Positions 10,469-20,969 of a DNA stretch of 56,070 nt are shown here, in pieces. Positions within the stretch are counted from its first letter, which is position 1. Each line of letters begins with the position of its first letter. Source of the stretch: Candidatus Moraniibacteriota bacterium (GTDB lineage Bacteria > Patescibacteriota > Minisyncoccia > Moranbacterales > UBA1568); assembly GCA_023261645.1 (NCBI GenBank), contig JAHFOO010000008.1:1-56070 (forward strand), given 5' to 3'. The notes beneath the pieces were generated by a model. It ran no database searches. It was not told where the DNA came from and worked only from the letters and a program-made list of their open reading frames with translations. The position numbers and the translations under genes are program-made.

Positions 10469-11788
10469 ATGGCAGAAGAAAAAAACGATTTGATGGAAAA
10501 AATAGTGTCACTCTGTAAACGCCGAGGATTTGTGTTCCCGGGGAGTGATATTTATGGCGGGCTAGCCAATAGTTGGGATTTTGGTCCGTATGGGTCTCAG
10601 CTCAAAAAAAATATCAAAGATCATTGGTGGAAGTTTTTCGTAGAACAACGTGATGATATGGTGGGGCTTGATGCCAGTATCATTATGAATCCAGAAGTCT
10701 GGAAGGCAAGTGGTCATACAGAAAATTTTACGGATCCTTTGGTGGAATGTAAAAAATGTCATCATCGGCATCGAGCTGATCAGATTGATGTAACGAAGGG
10801 TTGTCCGGATTGTAAGGGAGAACTTTCAGAAGCTCGTCCGTTCAATGGGATGTTGCGGACGTTTCTCGGTCCGATTCAAGATGAGGGTGCTCAGGTATAT
10901 CTCCGTCCCGAAACGGCGCAGGCAATGTTTGTGGATTTTGTACAGATTCAACAGACGAGTCGGAAGAAGCTTCCTTTTGGCGTCGCACAGATTGGCAAGG
11001 CATTCCGCAATGAGATCACTCCGGGGAATTTCATTTTTCGTACGCGTGAGTTTGAGCAGATGGAAATAGAATATTTTTTCAATCCTGCAAAAACGAAATG
11101 GGAAGAAGTTTTTGCCGTGTGGCAGAAAGCGATGGAAGAATGGATGATGACTGTCGGTATCGATACGGCGAAGACGCATATCGTAGATATTCCAGATGGA
11201 GATCGCGCACATTATTCCAAGCGGACAATAGATTTCGAATTTGAATATCCGTTTGGTCAGAAAGAACTTTTTGGATTGGCGTATCGTGGAGACTATGATT
11301 TGGAACAGCACGAAAAAGTGAGCGGACAGGAGCTTCGTTACCTCGATTCAGAAACAAATGAGAAAGTCCGCCCGCATGTTATTGAGCCGTCACTCGGTGT
11401 CGAGCGAGGAATGCTTGCTATTATCCTCTCTGCTTTTGAAGAACAGAAACTCGAAGGGGATGATGTACGTACAGTGCTTCATCTGAAACCAGCTATCGCC
11501 CCGGTGCAAGTAGCGGTGTTTCCGCTTATGAAGAACAAGCCGGAGCTCGTGGAAAGAGCCAAGGAGGTATACAGTGCTTTGAAAAAAGATTTCCGTGTCG
11601 AGTTCGATGATAATGGCAATGTTGGGAAACGTTATCGCCGTCAGGATGAGATCGGGACACCATACTGCGTAACTGTCGACTTCGATAGTCTCGAAGACGG
11701 TGCTGTCACTGTTCGTGACCGCGATACGATGGAACAGACGCGCGTGAAGACAGAAGAGCTGAAAAAATACTTTGAAAATAATTTTTAA
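10469..11788 (+). CDS. glyQS: Glycine--tRNA ligase (alpha2 type)
   Basis: LCKRRGF, YLRPETAQ, FRNEITPGNFIFRTREFEQMEIE, GKRYRRQDEIGTPYC. Confidence 0.97.
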   Translation: MAEEKNDLMEKIVSLCKRRGFVFPGSDIYGGLANSWDFGPYGSQLKKNIKDHWWKFFVEQRDDMVGLDASIIMNPEVWKASGHTENFTDPLVECKKCHHRHRADQIDVTKGCPDCKGELSEARPFNGMLRTFLGPIQDEGAQVYLRPETAQAMFVDFVQIQQTSRKKLPFGVAQIGKAFRNEITPGNFIFRTREFEQMEIEYFFNPAKTKWEEVFAVWQKAMEEWMMTVGIDTAKTHIVDIPDGDRAHYSKRTIDFEFEYPFGQKELFGLAYRGDYDLEQHEKVSGQELRYLDSETNEKVRPHVIEPSLGVERGMLAIILSAFEEQKLEGDDVRTVLHLKPAIAPVQVAVFPLMKNKPELVERAKEVYSALKKDFRVEFDDNGNVGKRYRRQDEIGTPYCVTVDFDSLEDGAVTVRDRDTMEQTRVKTEELKKYFENNF

Positions 11789-11790
11789 GT

Positions 11791-12336
11791 ATGAAAGTGA
11801 TCATTGCTTCAGAAAACCCAGTCAAACAATCTGCCGTAGAGATTGGATTTCAGAAAACATTTCCTGATACTGAATATGAGTATGTCGGAATGAAAGCGGA
11901 ATCTTCCGTCAAGGATCAGCCTGATACTGACGAAGAAACAATCACAGGAGCGAGAAATCGCATCGCACATCTCAAAAAGGAAGACCATAACGCCCAATAT
12001 TATATCGCTATCGAGGGTGGAATAGAGAAAATATATGATAAAATGTTTGCTTTCGCCTGGGTTGTCATCGAAGATGAAAATGGAAAAGTGGGCGAGGCGA
12101 GGACGGGTGCATTTGAACTCCCTCCTCAAGTAGCGAAGCTTATTGAAGAGGGAATAGAGCTTGGAATAGCGAACGATCAAGTCTTCGGAACGGAGAATTC
12201 GAAACACAAGAATGGAGCCCTCGGTATTTTGACCAATGATCTCATTACGAGAACGTCGGAATATGCGAATGCAGTCGTACTCGCACTCATACCGTTTCAG
12301 AAACACAAAGAGCTGTATAATTCACAGAAAAGATGA
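11791..12336 (+). CDS. yjjX: Inosine/xanthosine triphosphatase (YjjX family)
   Basis: ASENPVK, DQP...ETITGARNR, IEGGI, ELG...D..FG..NSK...GALG.LT. Confidence 0.9.
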   Translation: MKVIIASENPVKQSAVEIGFQKTFPDTEYEYVGMKAESSVKDQPDTDEETITGARNRIAHLKKEDHNAQYYIAIEGGIEKIYDKMFAFAWVVIEDENGKVGEARTGAFELPPQVAKLIEEGIELGIANDQVFGTENSKHKNGALGILTNDLITRTSEYANAVVLALIPFQKHKELYNSQKR

Positions 12337-13616
12337 AAATTATGAAATATCAGAAACACACACTGAAAAGCGGACTCCGAATCATATTGGCTCCGATGCC
12401 GGGGTCGGGAACGGCGACGGTAATCGTGATGACGGGGGTCGGATCACGCTATGAATCGCGGGCCGAGAACGGTTTGGCGCATTTTCTCGAACATATGTTC
12501 TTCAAAGGCACGATCAAGCGTCCGACGGCGATGGATATTAGCCGAGAGCTCGACGCCATCGGAGCCGAGTACAATGCTTATACCGGCAAAGATCGCACGG
12601 CGTATTATGCGAAAGTCGAAGCACATCATTGGGAAACAGCTCTCGATGTCGTCTCTGATCTGTTCCTCAATGCCAAAATCGATCAGGAGGAGATCGATCG
12701 TGAGCGTGGGCCGGTCTTGCAGGAGCTCAATATGTATGAAGATATGCCGATGCGTCACATCGGAGATTTGTGGGAACTCCATCTCTATGGGGATGAGCCG
12801 TTGGGTTGGGAAATCATCGGGCCGAAGGAAAACATCAAGCGATTCCAGAGGAAGGATTTCATCAAATATCTCAATCGTGGATATATGGCAGACAATGTCG
12901 TCATCGGTGTGGCTGGGAATATCGATCCAAAGAAAGTAAAGAAAGAAATCGAAAAACACTTTGCAGGTATCCGCACCGGTAAGAAGCCGACGTTCAAAAA
13001 AACGACAAAGAAACAATCGGTACCGGAGGTTTTCGTGCAGAACAAGAAGACCGATCAAACCCAGCTCATTGTGGGAGTGCGGGCATATGATATGTATCAC
13101 AAAGACAGATATGTCCTGGCAGTTCTCTCAACTATTTTGGGTGGAGGAATGTCGAGCCGTCTCTTTATGGCTGTGCGGGAACGACGAGGATTGGCATACA
13201 GTGTCCATACGATGACTGAGACTTTTCACGACGCAGGCTATCTTGCCACTCAAGCAGGAGTGGAGCATGAGAATCTCGAGAAAACGATCGCTATTATTCT
13301 GGATGAATACAAGAGAATTGCTACCGAAAAAGTCGAGGCGGACGAACTGAAAAAAGCCAAAGAATATATCAAAGGTAAAATGGCAATGGGACTCGAAGGA
13401 TCGGATGATATAGCGGAGTATCTTGTGACAGAGGAAGCTGTCCGGGGAGAAATTATCGTGCCGAAAGAAAAAGCCAAGAGAATCGATGCCGTGACTGCTT
13501 CAGACATCTCGCGTGTCGCCAAGGACATCTTCCAGAATAAAAAACTCAACCTTGCCGTTATCGGTCCAAAGGCATCCGAAGCAAAGCTTCGCAGAATCTT
13601 GAATTTTGAATCTTGA
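12333..13616 (+). CDS. M16 family zinc peptidase
   Basis: HFLEHMFFKGT (HxxEH), NAYT, LGGGMSSRLF...RERRGLAY. Confidence 0.94.
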   Translation: MKIMKYQKHTLKSGLRIILAPMPGSGTATVIVMTGVGSRYESRAENGLAHFLEHMFFKGTIKRPTAMDISRELDAIGAEYNAYTGKDRTAYYAKVEAHHWETALDVVSDLFLNAKIDQEEIDRERGPVLQELNMYEDMPMRHIGDLWELHLYGDEPLGWEIIGPKENIKRFQRKDFIKYLNRGYMADNVVIGVAGNIDPKKVKKEIEKHFAGIRTGKKPTFKKTTKKQSVPEVFVQNKKTDQTQLIVGVRAYDMYHKDRYVLAVLSTILGGGMSSRLFMAVRERRGLAYSVHTMTETFHDAGYLATQAGVEHENLEKTIAIILDEYKRIATEKVEADELKKAKEYIKGKMAMGLEGSDDIAEYLVTEEAVRGEIIVPKEKAKRIDAVTASDISRVAKDIFQNKKLNLAVIGPKASEAKLRRILNFES

Positions 13617-13621
13617 ATTTC
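13594..13621 (+). repeat. Heptamer tract at peptidase / four-helix-bundle junction
   Basis: gaatctt gaatttt gaatctt gaatttc. Confidence 0.7.
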
Positions 13622-14008
13622 GATATGACTGAGAAAAAGATACAATCATTCACGGATCTCAATTCTTGGAAGGAATCACACAAATTTGTTCTGTTGGTAT
13701 ACAGAAAGACAGCGTCCTTCCCAAAAGAAGAAATATTCGGTATAACTAACCAGATTCGTCGTGCTGTGGTTTCCATTGTTTCCAATATCGCAGAAGGATT
13801 TGGGAGGCAATCGTATAAGGAAAAGGTTCAGTTTTATTCCATAGCACAGGGTTCAAATCTCGAGATACAGAGTCAGATGCTAGTTGCTAGAGACTTACGG
13901 TTTTTGGAAGAGAACGATTTTCAGGAAATTGCTGATCAATCGATTGTCGTTGGAAAGTTACTGAGTGGGTTGATTAGAGCGACGAAGGATCGTTCTGCAA
14001 AAATCTAA
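13613..14008 (+). CDS. Four-helix-bundle protein (23S rRNA IVP / S23-like family)
   Basis: SFTDL..WK, FPKEEIFGITNQIRRAVVSIVSNIAEGFGR, IAQGS..E. Start may be 13625. Confidence 0.92.
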   Translation: MNFDMTEKKIQSFTDLNSWKESHKFVLLVYRKTASFPKEEIFGITNQIRRAVVSIVSNIAEGFGRQSYKEKVQFYSIAQGSNLEIQSQMLVARDLRFLEENDFQEIADQSIVVGKLLSGLIRATKDRSAKI

Positions 14009-14030
14009 ATTCGATAATCAAGATTCGATT

Positions 14031-15077
14031 ATGACTGTCGATGAACACATTGAAGTCGGAACCAAAGTATTGCTCAGGGCTGCCATTATGGTCGGTGCAC
14101 TGTACGCTGTGTACCTGATTCGCGACGTAGTGCTCCTTGTACTTCTTTCTGTGCTAACAGCTACCGCGCTCGTACCGGCTATTACGAAACTGCGTTCATT
14201 TGGGTTGTCTCGCACTGTGGCCGTCATCATTTCTTATTCCATTCTCTTCTTCGTCGGAGTGATGTTGCTCTCGGTTTTTCTGCCACTTTTCTTCTCTGAA
14301 ATCAAACAATTTCTCGGGAGTTGGCCGGAACACGCCAGGCGATTCGATAGTTTTATGAACGGTGTAGAAACATATACCGCTAGTATCGGTATCGAATGGA
14401 GCAAGACAGATTTCACTCAGAATATCGATAGTAACGTCTCTTCATGGCTCTCACATATTTTCTCAACGACAGTCAACTTGTTTCAGAGCTTCATCCATTT
14501 CATCGGGTATTTCTTTCTTGCCCTCTATCTCTCGCTTGAAGAGAAAGGCATCGAAAATTTTTTCCTCGTTCTCACTCCAAAGAAATATCATCATCAAGCA
14601 CTTTCGATTGCTAGTCGTATGCAAGACAAGGTAAGTCGTTGGCTCTTCGGGCAGATGCTCCTTATGCTCATCGCTTTCGGGCTATATTTCGTCGGACTTC
14701 TGATTCTCGGTGTACCGTATGCACTCGCCATCGCTTTTTTTGGAGGGTTGATGGAAATCCTCCCGTATGTCGGTCCGGTCCTGGCTGCTGTCCCGGCTCT
14801 TATCATCGGACTTCTTGTTTCGCCGGTACTTGGCATTTCTGTGCTTGTCTTTTATATCATCGCTCATCAGTTGGAAGCACACATTGTCGCCCCTCAAGTG
14901 ATGAAACACTCCGCCGGACTGAACCCTGTCGTTCTCATTATCGCCATCCTGATCGGGCTCGAGCTCGGTGGACCACTTGGTATCATACTTGCTGTACCAA
15001 TTACGATGATTCTCTCCGTCTTCGTGGAGGATTTGGTCTTGAAGAAAAGTATTGAGAAAACAGAAGCGATACTATGA
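14031..15077 (+). CDS. AI-2E family transporter
   Basis: Multi-TM; ILPYVGP, QLEAHIVAPQVM, LNPVV, G.LGIILAVP. Confidence 0.9.
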   Translation: MTVDEHIEVGTKVLLRAAIMVGALYAVYLIRDVVLLVLLSVLTATALVPAITKLRSFGLSRTVAVIISYSILFFVGVMLLSVFLPLFFSEIKQFLGSWPEHARRFDSFMNGVETYTASIGIEWSKTDFTQNIDSNVSSWLSHIFSTTVNLFQSFIHFIGYFFLALYLSLEEKGIENFFLVLTPKKYHHQALSIASRMQDKVSRWLFGQMLLMLIAFGLYFVGLLILGVPYALAIAFFGGLMEILPYVGPVLAAVPALIIGLLVSPVLGISVLVFYIIAHQLEAHIVAPQVMKHSAGLNPVVLIIAILIGLELGGPLGIILAVPITMILSVFVEDLVLKKSIEKTEAIL

Positions 15078-15775
15078 CAGAAAAAACAGGCATCTTGTAT
15101 ATGGTAGCCACACCGATTGGGAATCTCGGAGATATCACTTTACGCGCTCTCGAAACATTGAAGGCAGTAGATACCATATTGTCTGAAGACACGCGCGTGA
15201 CAGGGAATTTGCTCCGTCATTTTGAGATCAAGAAACCGCTCATATCATTTCACGAACACACGGATTCTGACAAAGCACAGAAACTCATCGATCGGATAGT
15301 AGCAGGAGAGAATATGGCGCTTGTGACTGATGCGGGTACACCGGGAATATCCGATCCGGGCAATGTCTTGGTAGAATTGGCTGTCCTCGCAGGAGTGAGT
15401 GTTATTCCTCTTCCTGGGGCCAATGCCCTCGGAGCGATTGTTTCCGTCGCAGGGATTGATATGCGAGAGTTTATTTTTCTTGGGTTTCCACCACATAAGA
15501 AAGGGCGGGAGACGTTTTTCAAAAAGGTGGTCGCATCGGAATATCCGGTCATCTATTATGAATCGCCTCATCGGGTGATAAAGAATCTGGAACTTCTCGC
15601 AGAACTGGCACCGCACAGAAAACTTGTTTTGGGACGGGAATTGACCAAGATATTCGAAGAAGTGGTGCGGGGTAGTGTCGGTGAGGTGAAAACATATCTG
15701 GAAAACAAGGCGGGGAAAACAAAAGGGGAGTTCGTGATTATAGTATATAATAAAGAAGAGAGGAAAGAAGTCTAA
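15074..15775 (+). CDS. rsmI: 16S rRNA C1402 2'-O-methyltransferase
   Basis: VATPIGNLGDITLRA, EDTR, TDAGTPGISDPG, YESPHR, RELTK, KGEFV. Confidence 0.96.
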   Translation: MTEKTGILYMVATPIGNLGDITLRALETLKAVDTILSEDTRVTGNLLRHFEIKKPLISFHEHTDSDKAQKLIDRIVAGENMALVTDAGTPGISDPGNVLVELAVLAGVSVIPLPGANALGAIVSVAGIDMREFIFLGFPPHKKGRETFFKKVVASEYPVIYYESPHRVIKNLELLAELAPHRKLVLGRELTKIFEEVVRGSVGEVKTYLENKAGKTKGEFVIIVYNKEERKEV

Positions 15776-15852
15776 GAAGAAAAAAGTATACAAAAGAAAA
15801 AGCTCGACCGTACTATGTACAAATCGGGCTTGGGTTCCAGGTTTTGGCGAGT

Positions 15853-16065
15853 TTATCTGCCGAAGAGCCTAGCAAAGTTCACGAGAACCTCTCCCCACCA
15901 GTAATTGGCGAAAGAGCAGGGACCACCGTGGTAGCAGGCGGTGGAGAGGAGTGAGAACGCAATCGACAGAGTGATTGCGACAAGTGCTACCGCGAAAATA
16001 ATTTCGCTGAGCGGTATCCCTGACTCTGGCTTGGCCAGCTGACGGAAATCTTCTCGAGTAGTCAT
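15853..16065 (-). CDS. Small hypothetical membrane protein
   Basis: MTTREDF... with one TM helix; occupies the rsmI-metG gap. Confidence 0.5.
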   Translation of the reverse strand: MTTREDFRQLAKPESGIPLSEIIFAVALVAITLSIAFSLLSTACYHGGPCSFANYWWGEVLVNFARLFGR

Positions 16066-16148
16066 TGACTGTCTCCTAGAGTTAAAAAGGTACTGTAGAA
16101 CCATTATACATCATAAATAACAATTTGTCAAGTATAGAAAGAATAATT

Positions 16149-17576
16149 ATGCCAAAAGGTACTGAAAACAAGCCATTTTTCATCACAACACCGATCTATT
16201 ATGCCAGTGGATCGCCACATATCGGACATGCCTACACTACGGTTGTTGCGGATTGTTTGGCACGTTTCAAGAAAGAACAAGGTTATGAAGTTTTCTTCTC
16301 TACTGGTACTGATGAACACGGGCAGAAGATCGCCAAAAAGGCGGAAGAGGAAGGAAAAGAAGTCAGAGCTTTCGTCGATGAGATGACAGACGGATTTCAG
16401 AAGCTGTGGCAGGCGCTCGATATCGAGTATACGAAATTCATCCGCACGACCGATACGCATCATATAAAAGCGGTGCAGAAAGTCTTGCAAACACTCTATG
16501 ACAATGGATCTATCTACCAGGGATTCTATGAAGGACTCTACTGCATCGGTTGCGAACAGTTCAAGACAGAGGAAGATCTTGTTCTCGGCAAATGTCCTGA
16601 TCATAACAGTGTGCCGGAATTTATGAGAGAGGAGAGTTATATTATGAAGATGACGGAACTTCAGGATGAATTGATCCATCGTATCGAAACAGATGTTCTT
16701 TGTGTCACTTCGGGGAAATATAAAACGGAAATTCTTTCTTTTCTTAAGAGAGAAAAATTGGAAGACGTTTCCATCTCTCGTAAGAATGTGAAATGGGGGA
16801 TACCTCTGCCATTTGATGAAGCACATACGACGTATGTGTGGGTAGATGCTTTTCTCAATTATCTGACGGTGCTCGGATGGGACGGCGATACGGATGTCGT
16901 GCCGAAAGAATGGCCCGCCGATGTACAGATTATCGGTAAAGATATCTTGCGCGTGCATGCGACCATCTGGCCGGCCGTTCTGATGCACCTCGGCATCCCG
17001 ACGCAGAAACTCCTTCTCACCCACGGACATATCTTGTCGGGCGGGAAGAAGATGAGCAAGACTATGGGGAATATAATCGATCCGCTTACACTGGTGGAAC
17101 GGTTCGGTGTCGATGGGACACGCTATCTCCTTATGAGTGCGGGAACATTCGGTGGAGATGTCGATCTTACTTTGGAGCGGATGACAGAAAAATACAATGC
17201 TGATCTCGCCAATGGCCTCGGAAATCTGGTCTCTCGGGTACTCAAGCTTGCGGAGCAGGTTTCTCTCTGCAGAGAAATAAGCACGTTGAAAGACAGCGAG
17301 ACGATGGACACATTGATGAATGAATATAAATTCTCCGAAGCTCTCCAACATATCTGGCAGAAAGTTTCAGAGGCCAACAAATATATCGATGAGATGAAAC
17401 CATGGGTACTTGTGACGTCTGATGGAACGAAATTTTCTGAAGTAATGGAGGTTCTCCTCGGACAGCTTGCATCTATCGCGATACTCCTCCAGCCATTTAT
17501 GCCTGAAACATCCGAAAAAATAAAAAGAGCTCTCAAGACAGGAAAAGTCGAACCACTTTTTCAACGAATCAAATAA
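16149..17576 (+). CDS. metG: Methionine--tRNA ligase (short form, no C-terminal tRNA-binding domain)
   Basis: ITTPIYY..GSPHIGHAY, GTDEHGQK, YVWVDA, GKDILRVH, KMSKT, LFQRI C-terminus. Confidence 0.96.
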   Translation: MPKGTENKPFFITTPIYYASGSPHIGHAYTTVVADCLARFKKEQGYEVFFSTGTDEHGQKIAKKAEEEGKEVRAFVDEMTDGFQKLWQALDIEYTKFIRTTDTHHIKAVQKVLQTLYDNGSIYQGFYEGLYCIGCEQFKTEEDLVLGKCPDHNSVPEFMREESYIMKMTELQDELIHRIETDVLCVTSGKYKTEILSFLKREKLEDVSISRKNVKWGIPLPFDEAHTTYVWVDAFLNYLTVLGWDGDTDVVPKEWPADVQIIGKDILRVHATIWPAVLMHLGIPTQKLLLTHGHILSGGKKMSKTMGNIIDPLTLVERFGVDGTRYLLMSAGTFGGDVDLTLERMTEKYNADLANGLGNLVSRVLKLAEQVSLCREISTLKDSETMDTLMNEYKFSEALQHIWQKVSEANKYIDEMKPWVLVTSDGTKFSEVMEVLLGQLASIAILLQPFMPETSEKIKRALKTGKVEPLFQRIK

Positions 17577-18437
17577 ATGCAGGACATCCATACACATCTC
17601 TATTGGAAATCATACGACGTTGATCGGGACGACGTGATCTTGCGTGCCCGCGAGGTGGGAGTGAAAGAGATGTTCGTCATCGGGTGTACGGTCGAGGAGA
17701 GCCGACAGTCTCTTTCTCTTGCGGAGAAATACTCGGATATGTACGCTTCTATTGGTATCCATCCACAAGAATTTTTTGATGCATCTGGAATTTCGAGTTT
17801 GGAGTTGTGGATCGAAGAGCTTGGTGTATTGGCAAAAAATAAGAAAGTGATCGCCGTAGGAGAGTGTGGACTGGAGTATTATAAACATCCTGTCTCAGAT
17901 ATCGCACCGCTTACTGAAGAACGAAAGCAGTGGCAGAAAAAAGCTCTTTTGGCGCAGATCGCTTTGGCACAAGAGGCCGGACTTCCCCTCATTCTTCATT
18001 GTCGTCCGTCCGTTGGCACTCAAGACGCATACGAAGATATGTTTGATATTTTTTCGGATTCAAAACTCAAAACTCAAAACTCAAAATCCGTTTTGCACTG
18101 TTATATGGGTGATACCGAAGTGACGAGAAAATTTTTGACGTTACCGAATATATATTTTTCTTTCACTGGGAACATCACCTATCCGGTGAAGAAGGCTGTT
18201 ATAGGAACGAAAGATGACCTGACTGAAACAGTGAAAATTATTCCGCTTAATCGAATTTTCACCGAAACGGATTGCCCGTTTCTCGCTCCGCAATCAAAAA
18301 GAGGGGAACGGAACGAGCCGGGTTATGTGAGAGAGGTGCTCGAGTGTATCGCCAAACTTCACCATCAAGAGATTTCGGTCGTCGAGCGAGCAATAGAAGA
18401 GAATGTTAAGAAAGTTTTTCCTACAATTTTATCCTAA
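17577..18437 (+). CDS. tatD: TatD family DNase
   Basis: DIHTHL, GIHP, AVGECGLEY, LHCR, LHCY, TETDCPFLAP, RNEP. Confidence 0.93.
   Translation: MQDIHTHLYWKSYDVDRDDVILRAREVGVKEMFVIGCTVEESRQSLSLAEKYSDMYASIGIHPQEFFDASGISSLELWIEELGVLAKNKKVIAVGECGLEYYKHPVSDIAPLTEERKQWQKKALLAQIALAQEAGLPLILHCRPSVGTQDAYEDMFDIFSDSKLKTQNSKSVLHCYMGDTEVTRKFLTLPNIYFSFTGNITYPVKKAVIGTKDDLTETVKIIPLNRIFTETDCPFLAPQSKRGERNEPGYVREVLECIAKLHHQEISVVERAIEENVKKVFPTILS
18059..18086 (+). repeat. Heptamer tract (CTCAAAA) inside tatD
   Basis: ttcaaaa ctcaaaa ctcaaaa ctcaaaa, encoding SKLKTQNSK. Confidence 0.8.
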
Positions 18438-18441
18438 ACAT

Positions 18442-18675
18442 ATGCCAGAGAAACCACCTGTACCACCAATGCCGGAGGACAATACTGAAAAAGAAATGAC
18501 ATTGGAACAACTCGGACAGAAGATCGAAGAATGTTCCGCCCAAATCGAGGATCTCCTTGGGAGAAACGCGGGAAACCAGACTTTTCAGACTGCCATTTCT
18601 CGAAAAATCAATGAGCGGGCAGGCTATATTATGAAGCGAGATGAAATATTGCAGAAAGGATCCGAGAAGCATTGA
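18442..18675 (+). CDS. Hypothetical protein
   Basis: ORF MPEKPP..., co-oriented, coiled-coil-like. Confidence 0.55.
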   Translation: MPEKPPVPPMPEDNTEKEMTLEQLGQKIEECSAQIEDLLGRNAGNQTFQTAISRKINERAGYIMKRDEILQKGSEKH

Positions 18676-18732
18676 TGTACTGCTGTCCGGAATACTGTAT
18701 AATAGAGGAGTATAAATATTTTTTCTATTCTT

Positions 18733-19113
18733 ATGAGATTCGGGAAAGAGAAACATATCCAAGAAGTATGGAGGGAAAATGCCTCAGAGAAGAAAAAAGT
18801 TGTCGGCAAGGAAGAACAGTTGTTCATTCAAGCAGAAAAAGAGGCTTTGAAACAGAGAATGGAATCCGAAATTGTTCGTCTCAAGGAAAATATCAGTATC
18901 ATCAAAGAAAAACAGGAGAGACTGGCGATACGGATAGCGGAGGTGCACACCGAGGTGGCCTCCGATGATGGTACTGATCCGCATATTACCGGAGCTCGTG
19001 TAGCTATACTGAAAAAATACGAAAAATACAGAGATTTGGGAGAGGTACTACTGATGAAAGAAACAATAAAATTGGAAGAACAGGAAGCGAGATACCGGAC
19101 AGTTCCCGAATGA
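18733..19113 (+). CDS. Hypothetical coiled-coil protein
   Basis: 126-aa E/K-rich ORF preceded by a TGnTATAAT-like sequence near 18695. Confidence 0.6.
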   Translation: MRFGKEKHIQEVWRENASEKKKVVGKEEQLFIQAEKEALKQRMESEIVRLKENISIIKEKQERLAIRIAEVHTEVASDDGTDPHITGARVAILKKYEKYRDLGEVLLMKETIKLEEQEARYRTVPE

Positions 19114-19225
19114 ACGAATGGATATTTCTCTCTGATTGACGTTTCTTGTCTCCCGATATATACTGAAGTCGCTAAAAAAGAAGGGCAATCCTTCTTTTTG
19201 CTTGTTTTGAAATCTATTGGAAGGT

Positions 19226-19978
19226 ATGGAAATATCGATTGCCGCTGAAAAATTATTTATGTTGGGATCTTTCCCTGTGACGAATTCTTTTCTGATCGGT
19301 TTTTTGGTCAGCCTGGGGATGGTGCTTGTGACGTGGTTTATTTTTCGCAAGAAAGAGCTCGTGCCTCGCGGATTGCAGAACGTCTTCGAGCTCATAGTGG
19401 AAGAACTCTTGTCGTTCATCGAAAGCGTGACAGAGGACAAAGCTCAGGCAAAAAAATATTTTCCGCTTATCGCGACGATTTTTCTCTTCGTGTTGTTTTC
19501 CAATTGGATCGGACTTCTGCCCGGTCTCGGTACTGTCGGCCTCTCTCATATAAAGGATGGACATTCGACAATCATCCCGTTTCTCCGAAGTACATCGGCT
19601 GATTTGAACTTCACGCTGGCATTGTCGCTTATCGCCGTCATTACCGTGCAATTTACCGGTATTGTCGCTCTTGGTATCATCGGATATGGTAAAAAGTTCC
19701 TTGTCAGTCCATTTCACAAGCCATACGTCATTGGCACGATCGTCGGTATTCTTGAACTCGTGAGTGAGGTCGGTAAGACTATCTCGTTTACCTTTCGTTT
19801 GTTTGGCAATGTGTTTGCCGGCGAGGTACTTCTTACCGTTATGCTTCATCTCGTTCCGTTTTTCTTGCCACTTCCGTTTATGTTTCTTGAGATATTCGTC
19901 GGACTTATTCAGGCAGTAGTATTCTCTATGCTCACACTTGTCTTCCTCAAGATGGCCACTATTCCGGCAGAGCACTAG
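19226..19978 (+). CDS. atpB: F0 ATP synthase subunit a
   Basis: NWIGLLPG, RS..ADLN, SFTFRLFGN.FAGE, IQAVVFSML. Confidence 0.97.
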   Translation: MEISIAAEKLFMLGSFPVTNSFLIGFLVSLGMVLVTWFIFRKKELVPRGLQNVFELIVEELLSFIESVTEDKAQAKKYFPLIATIFLFVLFSNWIGLLPGLGTVGLSHIKDGHSTIIPFLRSTSADLNFTLALSLIAVITVQFTGIVALGIIGYGKKFLVSPFHKPYVIGTIVGILELVSEVGKTISFTFRLFGNVFAGEVLLTVMLHLVPFFLPLPFMFLEIFVGLIQAVVFSMLTLVFLKMATIPAEH

Positions 19979-20038
19979 GAGGAAAATCATGTCATATGGA
20001 CAGATGTGAGAAAAAGCTGTAGAATAGTTTAATGTTAA

Positions 20039-20287
<249 letters not shown>

Positions 20288-20351
20288 TTGTACCGATTGA
20301 TAGTGAACGGAGGTATCTCGTTTTTTGTTTACTGTCGATCACCGATTGTTT

Positions 20352-20837
20352 ATGGATATTTTTACAAAACTTGGTATTGATTGGAAATTGCTCATCGCTC
20401 AGGTGATCAATTTTGGTATTCTTTTTTGGATACTTCGTCGTTACGCTTATCAGCCAATGTTTGATTTTCTCGAGAAACGTACTACCCGCATCGAACAAGG
20501 ATTGAAGGATGCTGAGGCTGCCACAGTGAGACTTGGTGAAATGGAAGTGAAAGAGAAAGTCGTTCTGACAGAGGCTCGTGCTGAAGCTCGAAACATTATC
20601 GCTTCTGCCGAAGAATCGGCCAAGAAACGCGATACGGAACGTGAAAAGGAAACAGAAACGAAAGTGAAACGTTTGCTCGAAGAGGCTGCCATAAAGATTC
20701 GCGAAGAAAAGGATGCGATAATGACGGAAGCGAAACAGGAAATCGGCGAGCTTGTCATCATCTCAGTCGAGAAGATCTTGCGCGAAAAGGTGGACGTGAT
20801 AAAGGACAAGAGTCTGATAGAAGGGATGATGAAATAA
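20352..20837 (+). CDS. atpF: F0 subunit b
   Basis: LGIDW..LIAQ.INF.IL...L....Y.P; position in operon. Confidence 0.95.
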   Translation: MDIFTKLGIDWKLLIAQVINFGILFWILRRYAYQPMFDFLEKRTTRIEQGLKDAEAATVRLGEMEVKEKVVLTEARAEARNIIASAEESAKKRDTEREKETETKVKRLLEEAAIKIREEKDAIMTEAKQEIGELVIISVEKILREKVDVIKDKSLIEGMMK

Positions 20838-20839
20838 AG

Positions 20840-20962
20840 AATTTTCAATTCACAATTTTCAAACAATGGTTCAATTTAAAAAATTTCGAAATTAAGTCAT
20901 TGGAGATTCCTGCCCGCTCGGCAGACGGGGTTTAGAAATTAGAAATTGGAATTTAGAAATTT
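20840..20962. repeat. Inverted heptamer tracts enclosing a small palindrome (atpF-atpH spacer)
   Basis: aattttc aattcac aattttc ... gaaatta gaaattg gaattta gaaattt, with cctgcccgctcggcagacgggg at 20909-20930. Confidence 0.65.
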
Positions 20963-20969
20963 AAAAAAT

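Noticed and set aside
13613-14008. Four-helix-bundle gene as DGR Avd partnered with the RT
   Set aside because: It lies ~31 kb away, outside the element; no TR/VR pair was seen; the RT is not DGR-type.
16128-17351. Long antisense ORFs (e.g. 16128-17351, 2934-3650, 19253-19990, 31599-32429)
   Set aside because: Shadow frames opposite well-supported housekeeping genes.
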